The notes under the pieces: generated by a model
The model's database searches: none
What the model saw: the letters and a program-made list of their open reading frames with translations, nothing else
What the model was told of the DNA's origin: nothing
Assembly: GCA_051747805.1 (NCBI GenBank)
Contig: JBNJGP010000050.1
Coordinates: forward strand, 1-18,974
Reading direction: 5' to 3'
Source of the DNA: Candidatus Muiribacteriota bacterium
GTDB taxonomy: Bacteria > Muiribacteriota > Muiribacteriia > Muiribacteriales > Muiribacteriaceae
DNA: 18,974 bases
Part shown: positions 7,698-16,474 of the stretch, one piece after another
How positions within the stretch are numbered: the first letter of the stretch is position 1
Layout: every line of letters starts with the position of its first letter
Program-made: the position numbers and the translations under genes

Positions 7698-10190
7698 ATG
7701 TTTTTTGGAAATAAAAATAAGATGATAAAAGTTATTATTTGGATTGTAGCTATTGCATTTATTGGTGGTGGAGTAGGTTTTGGAACCACCAGTTATTTAA
7801 TGACATGTCAACAGGCAAGTGAGCAGGAAAAGCTTGAGCAGGAAGCCTTAGAAAGGGAATCTTCCCGTTATGAAATATCAGATGAAGATAAAGATATTGT
7901 TCTTGCAGAACTTGGTCAGGATAAAATAACAGTAGAAAGATATTTTGATTACTTTAGAAAGTTATCTCCAGAAGTTAAAGGCAGATATAAAAGTGTTGAG
8001 GAAAGACAAAATATACTCGATTATATTATTCAAAGACAAATTGTTGAAAATGCTGCAATTGAAAATAATTTAGAAGTAACAGAAGATGATAAAATTCAGG
8101 TTCTTTTACAGCAGATGGGAGACCAGCTTTCTAATATACCAGATTCACAGCTGAAAGAAATGCTTGATGGAGATTACTTTGATGCAGATGAGCTTGAATA
8201 CGCTGTGTTAGAAGATAAAATAAAAAAAATCAAGGCTGAAGTACCGGAGGAGTTAACTGAAGAAAATCTCAGACAGTACTATCAGAAACACAAGTATAGA
8301 TTCGTAGAAGACGATAAGTACAATATTTCTCATATATTGATTTCAAAAGAATCTGAAAAAAGAAAACAGAAGGTTCTAGAAAATATGCGAGAGGGAGCCT
8401 TGGAACGTTATTATAACAATAATAGAAATAATTATATAGGCAAAGACGCTCTTAGACTCAGGGGACTTTTTATAGACCCAGATGAATTTATGGAAAAGGT
8501 AGAAGTAACACAGGAAGAAATTAAAAATTTTTATGAAGAAAATATTAATGACTTTAAAACCGAAGAAGAAGTAAAAGCCTCTCATATACTAGTTGAAACT
8601 TATGAAGAAGCTCTTGATATTAAAGAAAAAATTAATGATGGCCAGGATTTTGGTGAACTGGCAAGAGAATATTCAGAAGACCCTGGTTCAAAAGATAATC
8701 ATGGTGAACTTGGCTGGTTTAAAAGAGGAACTATGGTTCCTGAATTTGATCAGAAAGTTTTTAATATGAAACCGGGTGAAATATCATCTCCTGTAGAAAG
8801 TGATTTTGGTTATCATATAATTTATCTTGAGGATTATAAAGAAGAAGAAGTTAAATCTTTTGAGCAGGTTAAAGAATCAGTTAAAGATGATTTAACTAAC
8901 CAGAAAGCGCGTAATAGAGCTTTTGTATATGCAGAAGAAATAGCAGAAGAGATTTTTGAGGGGAACTCAATAAATGATTATATGGATAAAACTCACGGAA
9001 GCACAACACATGTTAATGGTGATTTAGACTGGGTTACAAAAGGGGAACAGGTAGATAATATGTATTTATCCCAGCTGGAAGGTGAAATTTTTAAAAACGG
9101 AAAAGTTTTTTCTGAAATTGAAGAAGAAATTTTTGACTTAAGACTTGGACAGGTTTCAGAAGTTATCAGTTCACCGGCTGGATTTCATATAATAAGACTT
9201 ATGGAAAGAAGGTCTGCTGAAACTATACCATTTTCTGAAGTTGAAGATGAAGTGCGCGAAGATTATGTTAAATGGCAGAAAAACATTCTGGCAAGAAATT
9301 ATGCAAATAAAGCATATTCGGACCTTAGAGAAGGCAAAACTTTTGAAGAGATAGCTGTTGAGTATTCAGATGGAAAAACTGCAGAAGATGGCGGCGAACT
9401 TCCTGATTTTCCTCTCGGGGAGATTCCCGAAAGCAAAGAAGGGCTTCAGGATATACTTTCAGATGAGATAGCCCAGTTTACATATTTTTTCAAAAATAAT
9501 CAGTTTCAGGCAGGAGTAGCAGTGTTTAATGAAATTGAAAACACAATTTTAAATTTGGAGCCTGGAAATTATTCTAATGTTGTGGAATCACCCATAGGCT
9601 ATCATATTATAAAATTAAATAAAGTAAGAGAAGGAGAAATCCGACCATTTTCAGATGTAAAAGAAGAAATTGTCCAACAAATCGATATTCAAATCACGGA
9701 GGAGCAAATAGCTAATTATTATGAAGAAAATATCGATGATTTTGCCCAACCTGAACAATATAATCTATCTCATATTGTTGTTTCTGATGAAGAAACGGCA
9801 AGACAGTTGTATCTTCAGCTGCTTGAAGAGAATAATTTTGAAGAGTTGGCAGAAGAATATTCAGAAGATTATACAAGTGAAGAGGGCGGAGAGATTGGCT
9901 TTATCTCACGCGGAAACATGCCTGAAAAATTCGATGAAGTAGCTTTTTCACTGGAAAAAGGTGAGATATCCGAGCCGGTGAATACTCCTTTTGGTTGGCA
10001 TATAATTAGAGTAAATGATATTCAAAAAGAACAGGTTGTACCGCTTGAAGAGGCAAGGGCTGAAATTTATGAAACGCTTATTCAACCTGAAAGAGATAGA
10101 CTGTTCAGTTTGTGGATTGAGGAGGAAAAAAACAGATTAGGTGTTAATATGCACCGCCAGAATTTTGATTATTTAACCGAATATAATTAG
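7698..10190 (+). CDS. Membrane-anchored parvulin-type peptidyl-prolyl isomerase/chaperone (PpiD/SurA/PrsA-like) with four parvulin domains
   Basis: N-terminal anchor KVIIWIVAIAFIGG, SurA_N-like helical region, repeated SHIL(I/V), F-x-E-L-A-x-E-Y-S-E-D, GELGW/GEIGF and four G(Y/F/W)HII motifs. A PPIase directly after mfd is a common gene order. Confidence 0.93.
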   Translation: MFFGNKNKMIKVIIWIVAIAFIGGGVGFGTTSYLMTCQQASEQEKLEQEALERESSRYEISDEDKDIVLAELGQDKITVERYFDYFRKLSPEVKGRYKSVEERQNILDYIIQRQIVENAAIENNLEVTEDDKIQVLLQQMGDQLSNIPDSQLKEMLDGDYFDADELEYAVLEDKIKKIKAEVPEELTEENLRQYYQKHKYRFVEDDKYNISHILISKESEKRKQKVLENMREGALERYYNNNRNNYIGKDALRLRGLFIDPDEFMEKVEVTQEEIKNFYEENINDFKTEEEVKASHILVETYEEALDIKEKINDGQDFGELAREYSEDPGSKDNHGELGWFKRGTMVPEFDQKVFNMKPGEISSPVESDFGYHIIYLEDYKEEEVKSFEQVKESVKDDLTNQKARNRAFVYAEEIAEEIFEGNSINDYMDKTHGSTTHVNGDLDWVTKGEQVDNMYLSQLEGEIFKNGKVFSEIEEEIFDLRLGQVSEVISSPAGFHIIRLMERRSAETIPFSEVEDEVREDYVKWQKNILARNYANKAYSDLREGKTFEEIAVEYSDGKTAEDGGELPDFPLGEIPESKEGLQDILSDEIAQFTYFFKNNQFQAGVAVFNEIENTILNLEPGNYSNVVESPIGYHIIKLNKVREGEIRPFSDVKEEIVQQIDIQITEEQIANYYEENIDDFAQPEQYNLSHIVVSDEETARQLYLQLLEENNFEELAEEYSEDYTSEEGGEIGFISRGNMPEKFDEVAFSLEKGEISEPVNTPFGWHIIRVNDIQKEQVVPLEEARAEIYETLIQPERDRLFSLWIEEEKNRLGVNMHRQNFDYLTEYN

Positions 10191-10199
10191 GAGTCTTAA

Positions 10200-10700
10200 A
10201 TGATAAAGAAATTTAAAAATAAAACTCCTCAGTTGGGAAAAAATGTTTTTGTGGATGAAAATTCCTGTGTAACAGGAAACGTTATACTTGAGAATAACGT
10301 TTCTGTATGGCCTTTTGCATCAATACGAGGAGATATGAATAAAATTATAGTTGGCAGAAATTCAAATATTCAAGATAATTCCTCTGTTCATACCAAGCTT
10401 GATAATATAACAAAGGTTGGTGAAAATGTAACGGTAGGGCACAATGCTGTTTTGCATGGTTGCTTCATCGGGGATAACTGTTTAATAGGAATGGGCGCTA
10501 TTTTACTGGATGATGTGAAAATTGGTGATAACTGTATAATTGCTGCCGGCTCCGTTGTCTCTCCGGGAACAGAAATTCCGGATAACTCACTTGCGCTTGG
10601 AGTGCCGGCTAAAGTAGTTAAAAAAATAGGAGAAAAAGAAGTTGAAGCTATAAAAAATAACAGCCTTGATTATCTAAAACTTGCTGCTGAATATATTTAA
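10200..10700 (+). CDS. Gamma-carbonic anhydrase family hexapeptide-repeat protein (YrdA-like)
   Basis: IRGD, NIQDNSSVH, VTVGHNAVLHGC (three metal-ligand His residues), LIGMGA, GVPAK. SD AGGAG at 10189-10193. Confidence 0.95.
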   Translation: MIKKFKNKTPQLGKNVFVDENSCVTGNVILENNVSVWPFASIRGDMNKIIVGRNSNIQDNSSVHTKLDNITKVGENVTVGHNAVLHGCFIGDNCLIGMGAILLDDVKIGDNCIIAAGSVVSPGTEIPDNSLALGVPAKVVKKIGEKEVEAIKNNSLDYLKLAAEYI

Positions 10701-10737
10701 CATAAAAAAGGCTGAAAATAAATGACCGGGTGTTTCA

Positions 10738-12417
10738 ATGCTTAAATTTAAAGAATCATATAAAAAAATCATTTTTATTTTTTTTATCTTAATTTTTGTA
10801 CATTCTTTGCATTCAATTGATATTGATAAGGTTAAAACAACTAAAAGAGAGCTTTTGCAGTATGAAAATTATTATCCGCAAACTTATGAAAAAATCCAAA
10901 ACCTTTTTTTTAGAGCAGAAATCGCCTTAAGCAATAATGAAGAACAAAGAGCTCAAAATTATTATAAAGAAGCTTTAGAACTTTCTGAAAAATATCTGGA
11001 ATTTTCAAAGGAAAAAACAAGAATTGATGAGACCGGCGAAAAAGTAAAGCTTCTCAGGAAGTATTTAAAAGAGGCTCAAAATTATAATATGAAAGAGCTT
11101 TATCCAAAATATTACAATCGTTTTCAAAGTGAATTTAAAAATGCTGAAGCCTTATATGAAAACGGGAAAAAAGCAGAAAAAAATTTAAATACAGAACGAG
11201 CTTTTGAACAGGGAAGATTTGATAATATTTTAAAAATTTGCGATAAAATACTTAAAGATGTCAGACTTTACGTTGATAATGCTGTTTTCTGGACAAGAAC
11301 AGGCAGAATGATTGAAAATGTGCAGGAAAAAATAAATTTTTTAAGAGAAAAATATTATTCTGCAATTAAACCAGACCTTTTTAATCAGATAAATAAGCGT
11401 TTTGGCACCTTAGAAAGTTATTATGAGGAATTAACCAATAATTTAAAAAATGACGTATTTTTTTTAAGAAAAGATTATTATTATACTCATATTAGAAATG
11501 AGAGTCAGCATTTATTGGGGCTTCTTGATTCAATTGTAGATTCTCCTCAATCTGAAAGAGTTCAAAATATATGGGAACTCCACAAAATTATTCAAGATGC
11601 TTTTGAAAATAAAAAATTGTACAAAATGTTTTCTAATAGTTTTATTGAAGTTGAAGAGCTTTTTGAGGAAACAATGAGTGTTAGACCATACAGCTGGAGA
11701 GATTTAACTGTTATGGAAGATGACTTATCGAGTTATAAACAGATAGTTGAGTCAAATAAAGCTAAACTTTTGGAACTGGAGGAATTAAAAGAAAATATTG
11801 AAAAAAAATATGATGAACTTCTTCAAATGCCGGAAAAATTTGACACAATCTCCTATGAACTTCTGAATGATATATCTCAGTATATACTTAGGGGCAAAAA
11901 GGGCTATGATGAAAATAATTATGATTTAGCCCTTCATTCTTTTGAAAGAGCAGAAGAATTTATTCAAAGACAGACAATAATTGTTGAATTATACAGGTTT
12001 GATTTGAAATTAGAAGAGCATGTTGAAAAATATCGACTTGATGAGGCCTATCCCTCAAAGTTTAAAAAAGCTGCTGAAATGCTTGAAAACTGTATTTTTC
12101 TTTCTCAGAGAGGTAGATTTGAAGAAGCGTATGAGAAGATTAAAAAAGTTAAATCTGATATTTCTGAAATGCTAAGTGAAAGTCAGAAGAGAGTTGTTCT
12201 CCTTGAGGAATATGGAAAACACGATACAGAGGACTTTATTATTTATACAGTTAAAGAAGGTGACAGTCTTTCAAGTATTGCCCATAAATTTTATGGAACA
12301 CAGGATTATGTCTGGCATATATGGGCATGGAACTATTCTAACTATCCCAACCCGAATCATATTTATCCTGGTAATGTTATAAAGCTTTTTAAAACAGAGG
12401 ATTTTAATAATGAGTGA
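10738..12417 (+). CDS. Exported helical-repeat protein with a C-terminal LysM peptidoglycan-binding domain
   Basis: Signal peptide-like N-terminus (KKIIFIFFILIFVHSLHS), long all-helical body, LysM YTVKEGDSLSSIAHKFYG...WN...PNHIYPGNVIKL (about 12244-12387). Confidence 0.85.
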   Translation: MLKFKESYKKIIFIFFILIFVHSLHSIDIDKVKTTKRELLQYENYYPQTYEKIQNLFFRAEIALSNNEEQRAQNYYKEALELSEKYLEFSKEKTRIDETGEKVKLLRKYLKEAQNYNMKELYPKYYNRFQSEFKNAEALYENGKKAEKNLNTERAFEQGRFDNILKICDKILKDVRLYVDNAVFWTRTGRMIENVQEKINFLREKYYSAIKPDLFNQINKRFGTLESYYEELTNNLKNDVFFLRKDYYYTHIRNESQHLLGLLDSIVDSPQSERVQNIWELHKIIQDAFENKKLYKMFSNSFIEVEELFEETMSVRPYSWRDLTVMEDDLSSYKQIVESNKAKLLELEELKENIEKKYDELLQMPEKFDTISYELLNDISQYILRGKKGYDENNYDLALHSFERAEEFIQRQTIIVELYRFDLKLEEHVEKYRLDEAYPSKFKKAAEMLENCIFLSQRGRFEEAYEKIKKVKSDISEMLSESQKRVVLLEEYGKHDTEDFIIYTVKEGDSLSSIAHKFYGTQDYVWHIWAWNYSNYPNPNHIYPGNVIKLFKTEDFNNE

Positions 12418-14314
12418 ATTACTTTCTTTTTTAAACGAAGAACAGCAAAAAGCTGTTTTGACTATAGACAAACCATTACTGGTGTTAGCTGGAGCTGGCT
12501 CTGGAAAAACAAGAGTACTTGTTTATAGAATAGCCTATCTTATTGAGGTTGGAATTTCACCCTGGAATATAACTGCTGTTACTTTTACAAATAAGGCTGC
12601 CGGGGAAATGAAAGGACGTATTAAATCAATGGTTGGAGCCAGGGCTGATAATATTAATATTGGAACTTTTCATTCAATTTGTCTTAAAATATTGAGGAGA
12701 AACTGTGGTAGAATTGGATTTGAAAGAAATTTTGTCATTTATGATACTTCTGATCAGCTCACACTGATGAAAGATTTAATAAAGGAGCAGAATATTGACC
12801 CTAAACAATTTGTTCCAAGAGAGGTTTTAAGCGAAATAGAACATGCAAAAACATATAATATTTCTCCTGAGGATTATTCAAAATACCGGGATATTTCAAG
12901 CTCCTACTTTTTTAAAGTTGTTGATAATTTGTACAGAGAGTTTAATAAAACTCTCAAGGAAAGAAATGCAATGGATTTTAATGATATTTTAATAAATGGT
13001 TTAAATATTCTTATTGAAAACCCTGATATTCTCGATTATTATCAGGATAAATTCAAATATATACATGTAGATGAATATCAGGATACAAATGAAGTTCAGT
13101 ATAGAATAGTAAAACTTCTTTCTGACAAATACAGAAATATTTGTGCCGTTGGGGATGAAGACCAGGCTATTTACGGATGGCGGGGAGCTGATATAAAAAA
13201 TATATTAAATTTTGAAAAAGATTTTCCTGATTATGAAGAAATAAGGCTTGAAAGGAATTATAGATCGACTTCTAAAATACTTCAGGCAGCCTCTGAGATG
13301 ATAAAAAATAACAGAACCAGTAAAGGAAAATATCTTAAAACCCATAATGAAGAAGGAGAAAATTTAACTTGTTATCATGCTCAGGACGCTTATGATGAGG
13401 CACATTATATTGCAGGAAATATTGCCTCGCTTATTGCAAAAGGAGTAAAATATTCTGATATTGCCGTGTTTTATCGGGTTAACTGGCTTTCACGTGTTTT
13501 TGAAACAGTGCTGAGAGAATATGGAATACCTCATAGAATTATTGGGGGGTTCAGATTTTATGAAAGAAAAGAAATTAAAGAGATAATGGCCTATATTCGA
13601 CTTGTCGTAAATAATTCCGATGATGCTGCTTTTGAGCGTATTATTAATGTTCCGAAAAGAGGAATTGGAAAAAACACAATAATTAAAATAAAAAATGCTT
13701 CCAGGGCTAATAATATTTCTATGTACGAAGCAGTAAGCAGACCAGATAATTTTGGCAGAGCCTCAAAAAAACTCTTTAAGGCTTATAATCTTTTATCCGG
13801 CCTCAAAAAAAAGGCAGGGGAACTTACTCCGACAGCCTTTGTAGAAAATGTTATAAAAGATAGTCAGATTATTGATTATTATTTAGAACAGGAGGGTGGA
13901 GAAAATAGAATTGAAAATATAAAAGAGTTTATTTCGGCAGTTAGAGAATTTGAAACTTCCAACCCCGAAAGCACTATTGAAGATTTTATGCAGATGATTT
14001 CATTATATTCAGACTCAGATGAAGAATTTCAGGATGGTGAAGTGCTTTTGATGACCCTTCATAATGCTAAGGGCCTTGAGTTCCCTTATGTTTTTATATC
14101 CGGGCTGGAAGAAGAAATTCTGCCACACTCGCGTTCGCTTGAAACCGAGAACGAACTTGAAGAAGAAAGAAGACTTTTTTATGTTGGAATAACAAGAGGA
14201 ATGAAAAAACTTTATTTAACTTTCACTTATACCAGACATATTTTTGGTAATATAAAGTACTCAAGACCTTCCAGATTTTTATCTGAACTTCCAGAAAAAC
14301 TCATTGAATTTTAA
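12410..14314 (+). CDS. uvrD: ATP-dependent DNA helicase UvrD/PcrA (SF1A), 634 aa, without the C-terminal domain
   Basis: LNEEQ Q-motif, AGAGSGKT, TFTNKAA, GTFHS, VDEYQDTN, VGDEDQAIYGWRGA, LERNYRST, NVPKRGIG, MTLHNAKGLEF, EEERRLFYVGITR, PSRFLSELP. Confidence 0.95.
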   Translation: MSELLSFLNEEQQKAVLTIDKPLLVLAGAGSGKTRVLVYRIAYLIEVGISPWNITAVTFTNKAAGEMKGRIKSMVGARADNINIGTFHSICLKILRRNCGRIGFERNFVIYDTSDQLTLMKDLIKEQNIDPKQFVPREVLSEIEHAKTYNISPEDYSKYRDISSSYFFKVVDNLYREFNKTLKERNAMDFNDILINGLNILIENPDILDYYQDKFKYIHVDEYQDTNEVQYRIVKLLSDKYRNICAVGDEDQAIYGWRGADIKNILNFEKDFPDYEEIRLERNYRSTSKILQAASEMIKNNRTSKGKYLKTHNEEGENLTCYHAQDAYDEAHYIAGNIASLIAKGVKYSDIAVFYRVNWLSRVFETVLREYGIPHRIIGGFRFYERKEIKEIMAYIRLVVNNSDDAAFERIINVPKRGIGKNTIIKIKNASRANNISMYEAVSRPDNFGRASKKLFKAYNLLSGLKKKAGELTPTAFVENVIKDSQIIDYYLEQEGGENRIENIKEFISAVREFETSNPESTIEDFMQMISLYSDSDEEFQDGEVLLMTLHNAKGLEFPYVFISGLEEEILPHSRSLETENELEEERRLFYVGITRGMKKLYLTFTYTRHIFGNIKYSRPSRFLSELPEKLIEF

Positions 14315-14370
14315 TTTTAATGTCTAATGGTTATTTCATTTATATTTTTAAAAATGCCGATTAATTAACT

Positions 14371-15909
14371 ATGGATATAGTAGCCTTTCTTTTAATTATT
14401 CTTATAGTAATTATTATTTTTTTATTAAAGCGTTTTTATGACAGCTTTTCAAAAGAAACTCATATGCGTCCTGTTGAGAATATGATTAAAAAGAAGGATT
14501 TTATGGGGGCGGTGAAGTATCTTGAGGATTTAAAACAGCATGAGCCGGATAACCCCGAAATATATTGTTATTTAGCCCCTCTTTATGAAAATAAAAAAAT
14601 GTATGTCCGGGCGGTTAAATGTTATAAAAAGCTGATTGATTTAAATCATCCTGAAAACGAACATAATCTGCTTGTTATTTCACAGAAATTAAAAAATATT
14701 TTTGAAAAAATGGAGTTAAAAGATCAAAAATATATTGAAAATAAAAAAATTCTTGAAATTGACCCTTCAAATCAGGAAGCCCTTTTTGAAATAGGATATT
14801 TTTTATGTGCAACAGGAAATTATAATCAGGCAATAGATACTTTTGAAAAACTTGTAAAGATTAATCCTGACCACATACAGGGATGGTTTTATCTTGGAAT
14901 AACTTATTTATCGAAAAAATGGCTTAAAGAAGGTAAAAATTGTATGAATAAAGTTATTGCAAAAGATTCAGGAAACGGATATGCGTATTTCTTTCTTGGT
15001 TTTACCGAAAAAGAATATAAAAAACCAGAAGCAATTAAAACATTTGAAGAAGCTTTAGAGATACTTCAGGATGAAGAATATAAAATAAAAAGCGTTATAG
15101 CGGCAGCTGTTACATCAATTGAACAGAATTTAATTGATATGGCAGTTAATATACTTAACAAAGAACTGGCGCAGCTGGATATGGATAATCCTCTGAGAAA
15201 GGATTTTTTATATAATCTTGGCTGGGCTTATTTTTTTAAGGGAGATATTGAGGCCTCTATCAGTAACTGGGAAGAAGTTTTCAGTATTGATATGAATTAT
15301 GAGAATATATCAGAGATTTTAAATTCAGAAGTTAACTCAAATTTTGAAGAGATGGAAAGAATTTACAGTATATATGCATCGAATATATCATATCCAACTG
15401 CAAGAGAGTTTACAGGTTTTTCTAAAGAATATGACATTGATAAACTTGAACAAGAATATAATTTATGGAAACAGAAATTAATTGATAATGCTAAAAAAAG
15501 AGGGGTTTATATTGGACCTGTAAAATCGGCTAAAGTTTTTGCAACTTTATCAAAAATGAAGTTCAAAAATATAGCATATAAAATAGTTACCTCTCTTGGA
15601 AATGTTGTTGAAAAAGAGGAAATTTATCCCGAAGGCGTTGATTTTGTTACCTATAAGAGAAATGCAGGTAAATCAGATAAGATTTTTTTTAGAATCCGTA
15701 AATGGACAGATATTATTACAGAAGAAAAAATAACAAAAATGCATAAGGATTTAAAAGACTCAAAAACTAAGTATAAAATTAAATATTTAATGTGCTGTGG
15801 AAAATTTACTAAAAAAGCTAAGGAATTTGCCGAAAAATATAATATAAAAATTTATGATGCTAGGATTTTAACAAATATATTATCAAAAATTGCTTCACGG
15901 GAGATGTAA
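14371..15909 (+). CDS. Membrane-anchored TPR protein with a C-terminal degenerate Mrr-like (PD-(D/E)xK) restriction-endonuclease-fold domain
   Basis: N-terminal TM helix, multiple TPRs (EALFEIGYFLCATGNYNQAIDTFEKLVKINP; LYNLGWAYFFKGDIEASISNWEEV). Residues about 398-512 follow the Mrr_cat pattern F...LG...GVD...(FRIRKW)...G-x-FT-x2-A-x2-FA...IKIYD. Confidence 0.8.
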   Translation: MDIVAFLLIILIVIIIFLLKRFYDSFSKETHMRPVENMIKKKDFMGAVKYLEDLKQHEPDNPEIYCYLAPLYENKKMYVRAVKCYKKLIDLNHPENEHNLLVISQKLKNIFEKMELKDQKYIENKKILEIDPSNQEALFEIGYFLCATGNYNQAIDTFEKLVKINPDHIQGWFYLGITYLSKKWLKEGKNCMNKVIAKDSGNGYAYFFLGFTEKEYKKPEAIKTFEEALEILQDEEYKIKSVIAAAVTSIEQNLIDMAVNILNKELAQLDMDNPLRKDFLYNLGWAYFFKGDIEASISNWEEVFSIDMNYENISEILNSEVNSNFEEMERIYSIYASNISYPTAREFTGFSKEYDIDKLEQEYNLWKQKLIDNAKKRGVYIGPVKSAKVFATLSKMKFKNIAYKIVTSLGNVVEKEEIYPEGVDFVTYKRNAGKSDKIFFRIRKWTDIITEEKITKMHKDLKDSKTKYKIKYLMCCGKFTKKAKEFAEKYNIKIYDARILTNILSKIASREM

Positions 15910-15910
15910 A

Positions 15911-16474
15911 ATGTTTATAAAAAAAAATATAATGCTTTTTTTTATTATATTAACTATAATTTTATCACATGGAGAAACTGTTATTTTAATAGAGCCTGGA
16001 GATTTAATAGAAATTAAAGCAACCAACCTTGAAGAATACAGTTTCTTAAAACGTGTAGATAATCGAGGCTTTCTTAACCTCCCCTATATCGGAGAGGTAA
16101 AAGCCGAAGGTCTTTCAACAGCTAGACTTGCCCAGATAATTAAAAACCGGTTAGAAGATGGTTATTTCAGAAACCCAGAAATTATTGTTGAAATAAAAAA
16201 ATCTGCTTTAAAAAGTGTATTTATTTTTGGTTTGATTAGAAATGCTGGTGAGTATGAGTACAATAATGGACTGAGAATGCTTGAACTTCTCTCAAAAGCC
16301 GGGGGTTATGTAGGGGATGTCCGAGGTTTAAAAGCAAAAGTGTTTAGAAATAATAAGAAAATAGGCTTATTTAAATTATCAAATCTTGTTATTCATAATG
16401 AAATAAAATATAATATCGAAATTTTACCAGATGATGTGGTTATTATAATCAGCGAGGGCGAACATGAAAATTAA
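15911..16474 (+). CDS. Short polysaccharide biosynthesis/export (Wza/OPX-like) protein: Poly_export domain plus one SLBB domain, 187 aa
   Basis: Signal peptide, IEPGDLIEI, VDNRGFLNLPYIGEVKAEGLS, YFRNPEIIV, SLBB VFIFGLIRNAGEYE...LLSKAGG, NIEILPDDVVII. Start set at ATG 15911. Confidence 0.9.
   Translation: MFIKKNIMLFFIILTIILSHGETVILIEPGDLIEIKATNLEEYSFLKRVDNRGFLNLPYIGEVKAEGLSTARLAQIIKNRLEDGYFRNPEIIVEIKKSALKSVFIFGLIRNAGEYEYNNGLRMLELLSKAGGYVGDVRGLKAKVFRNNKKIGLFKLSNLVIHNEIKYNIEILPDDVVIIISEGEHEN

Noticed and set aside
15890..15910. N-terminal extension MLHGRCK of the OPX ORF
   Set aside because: It uses a non-ATG start inside the upstream gene. ATG 15911 gives a normal signal peptide directly after the upstream stop.
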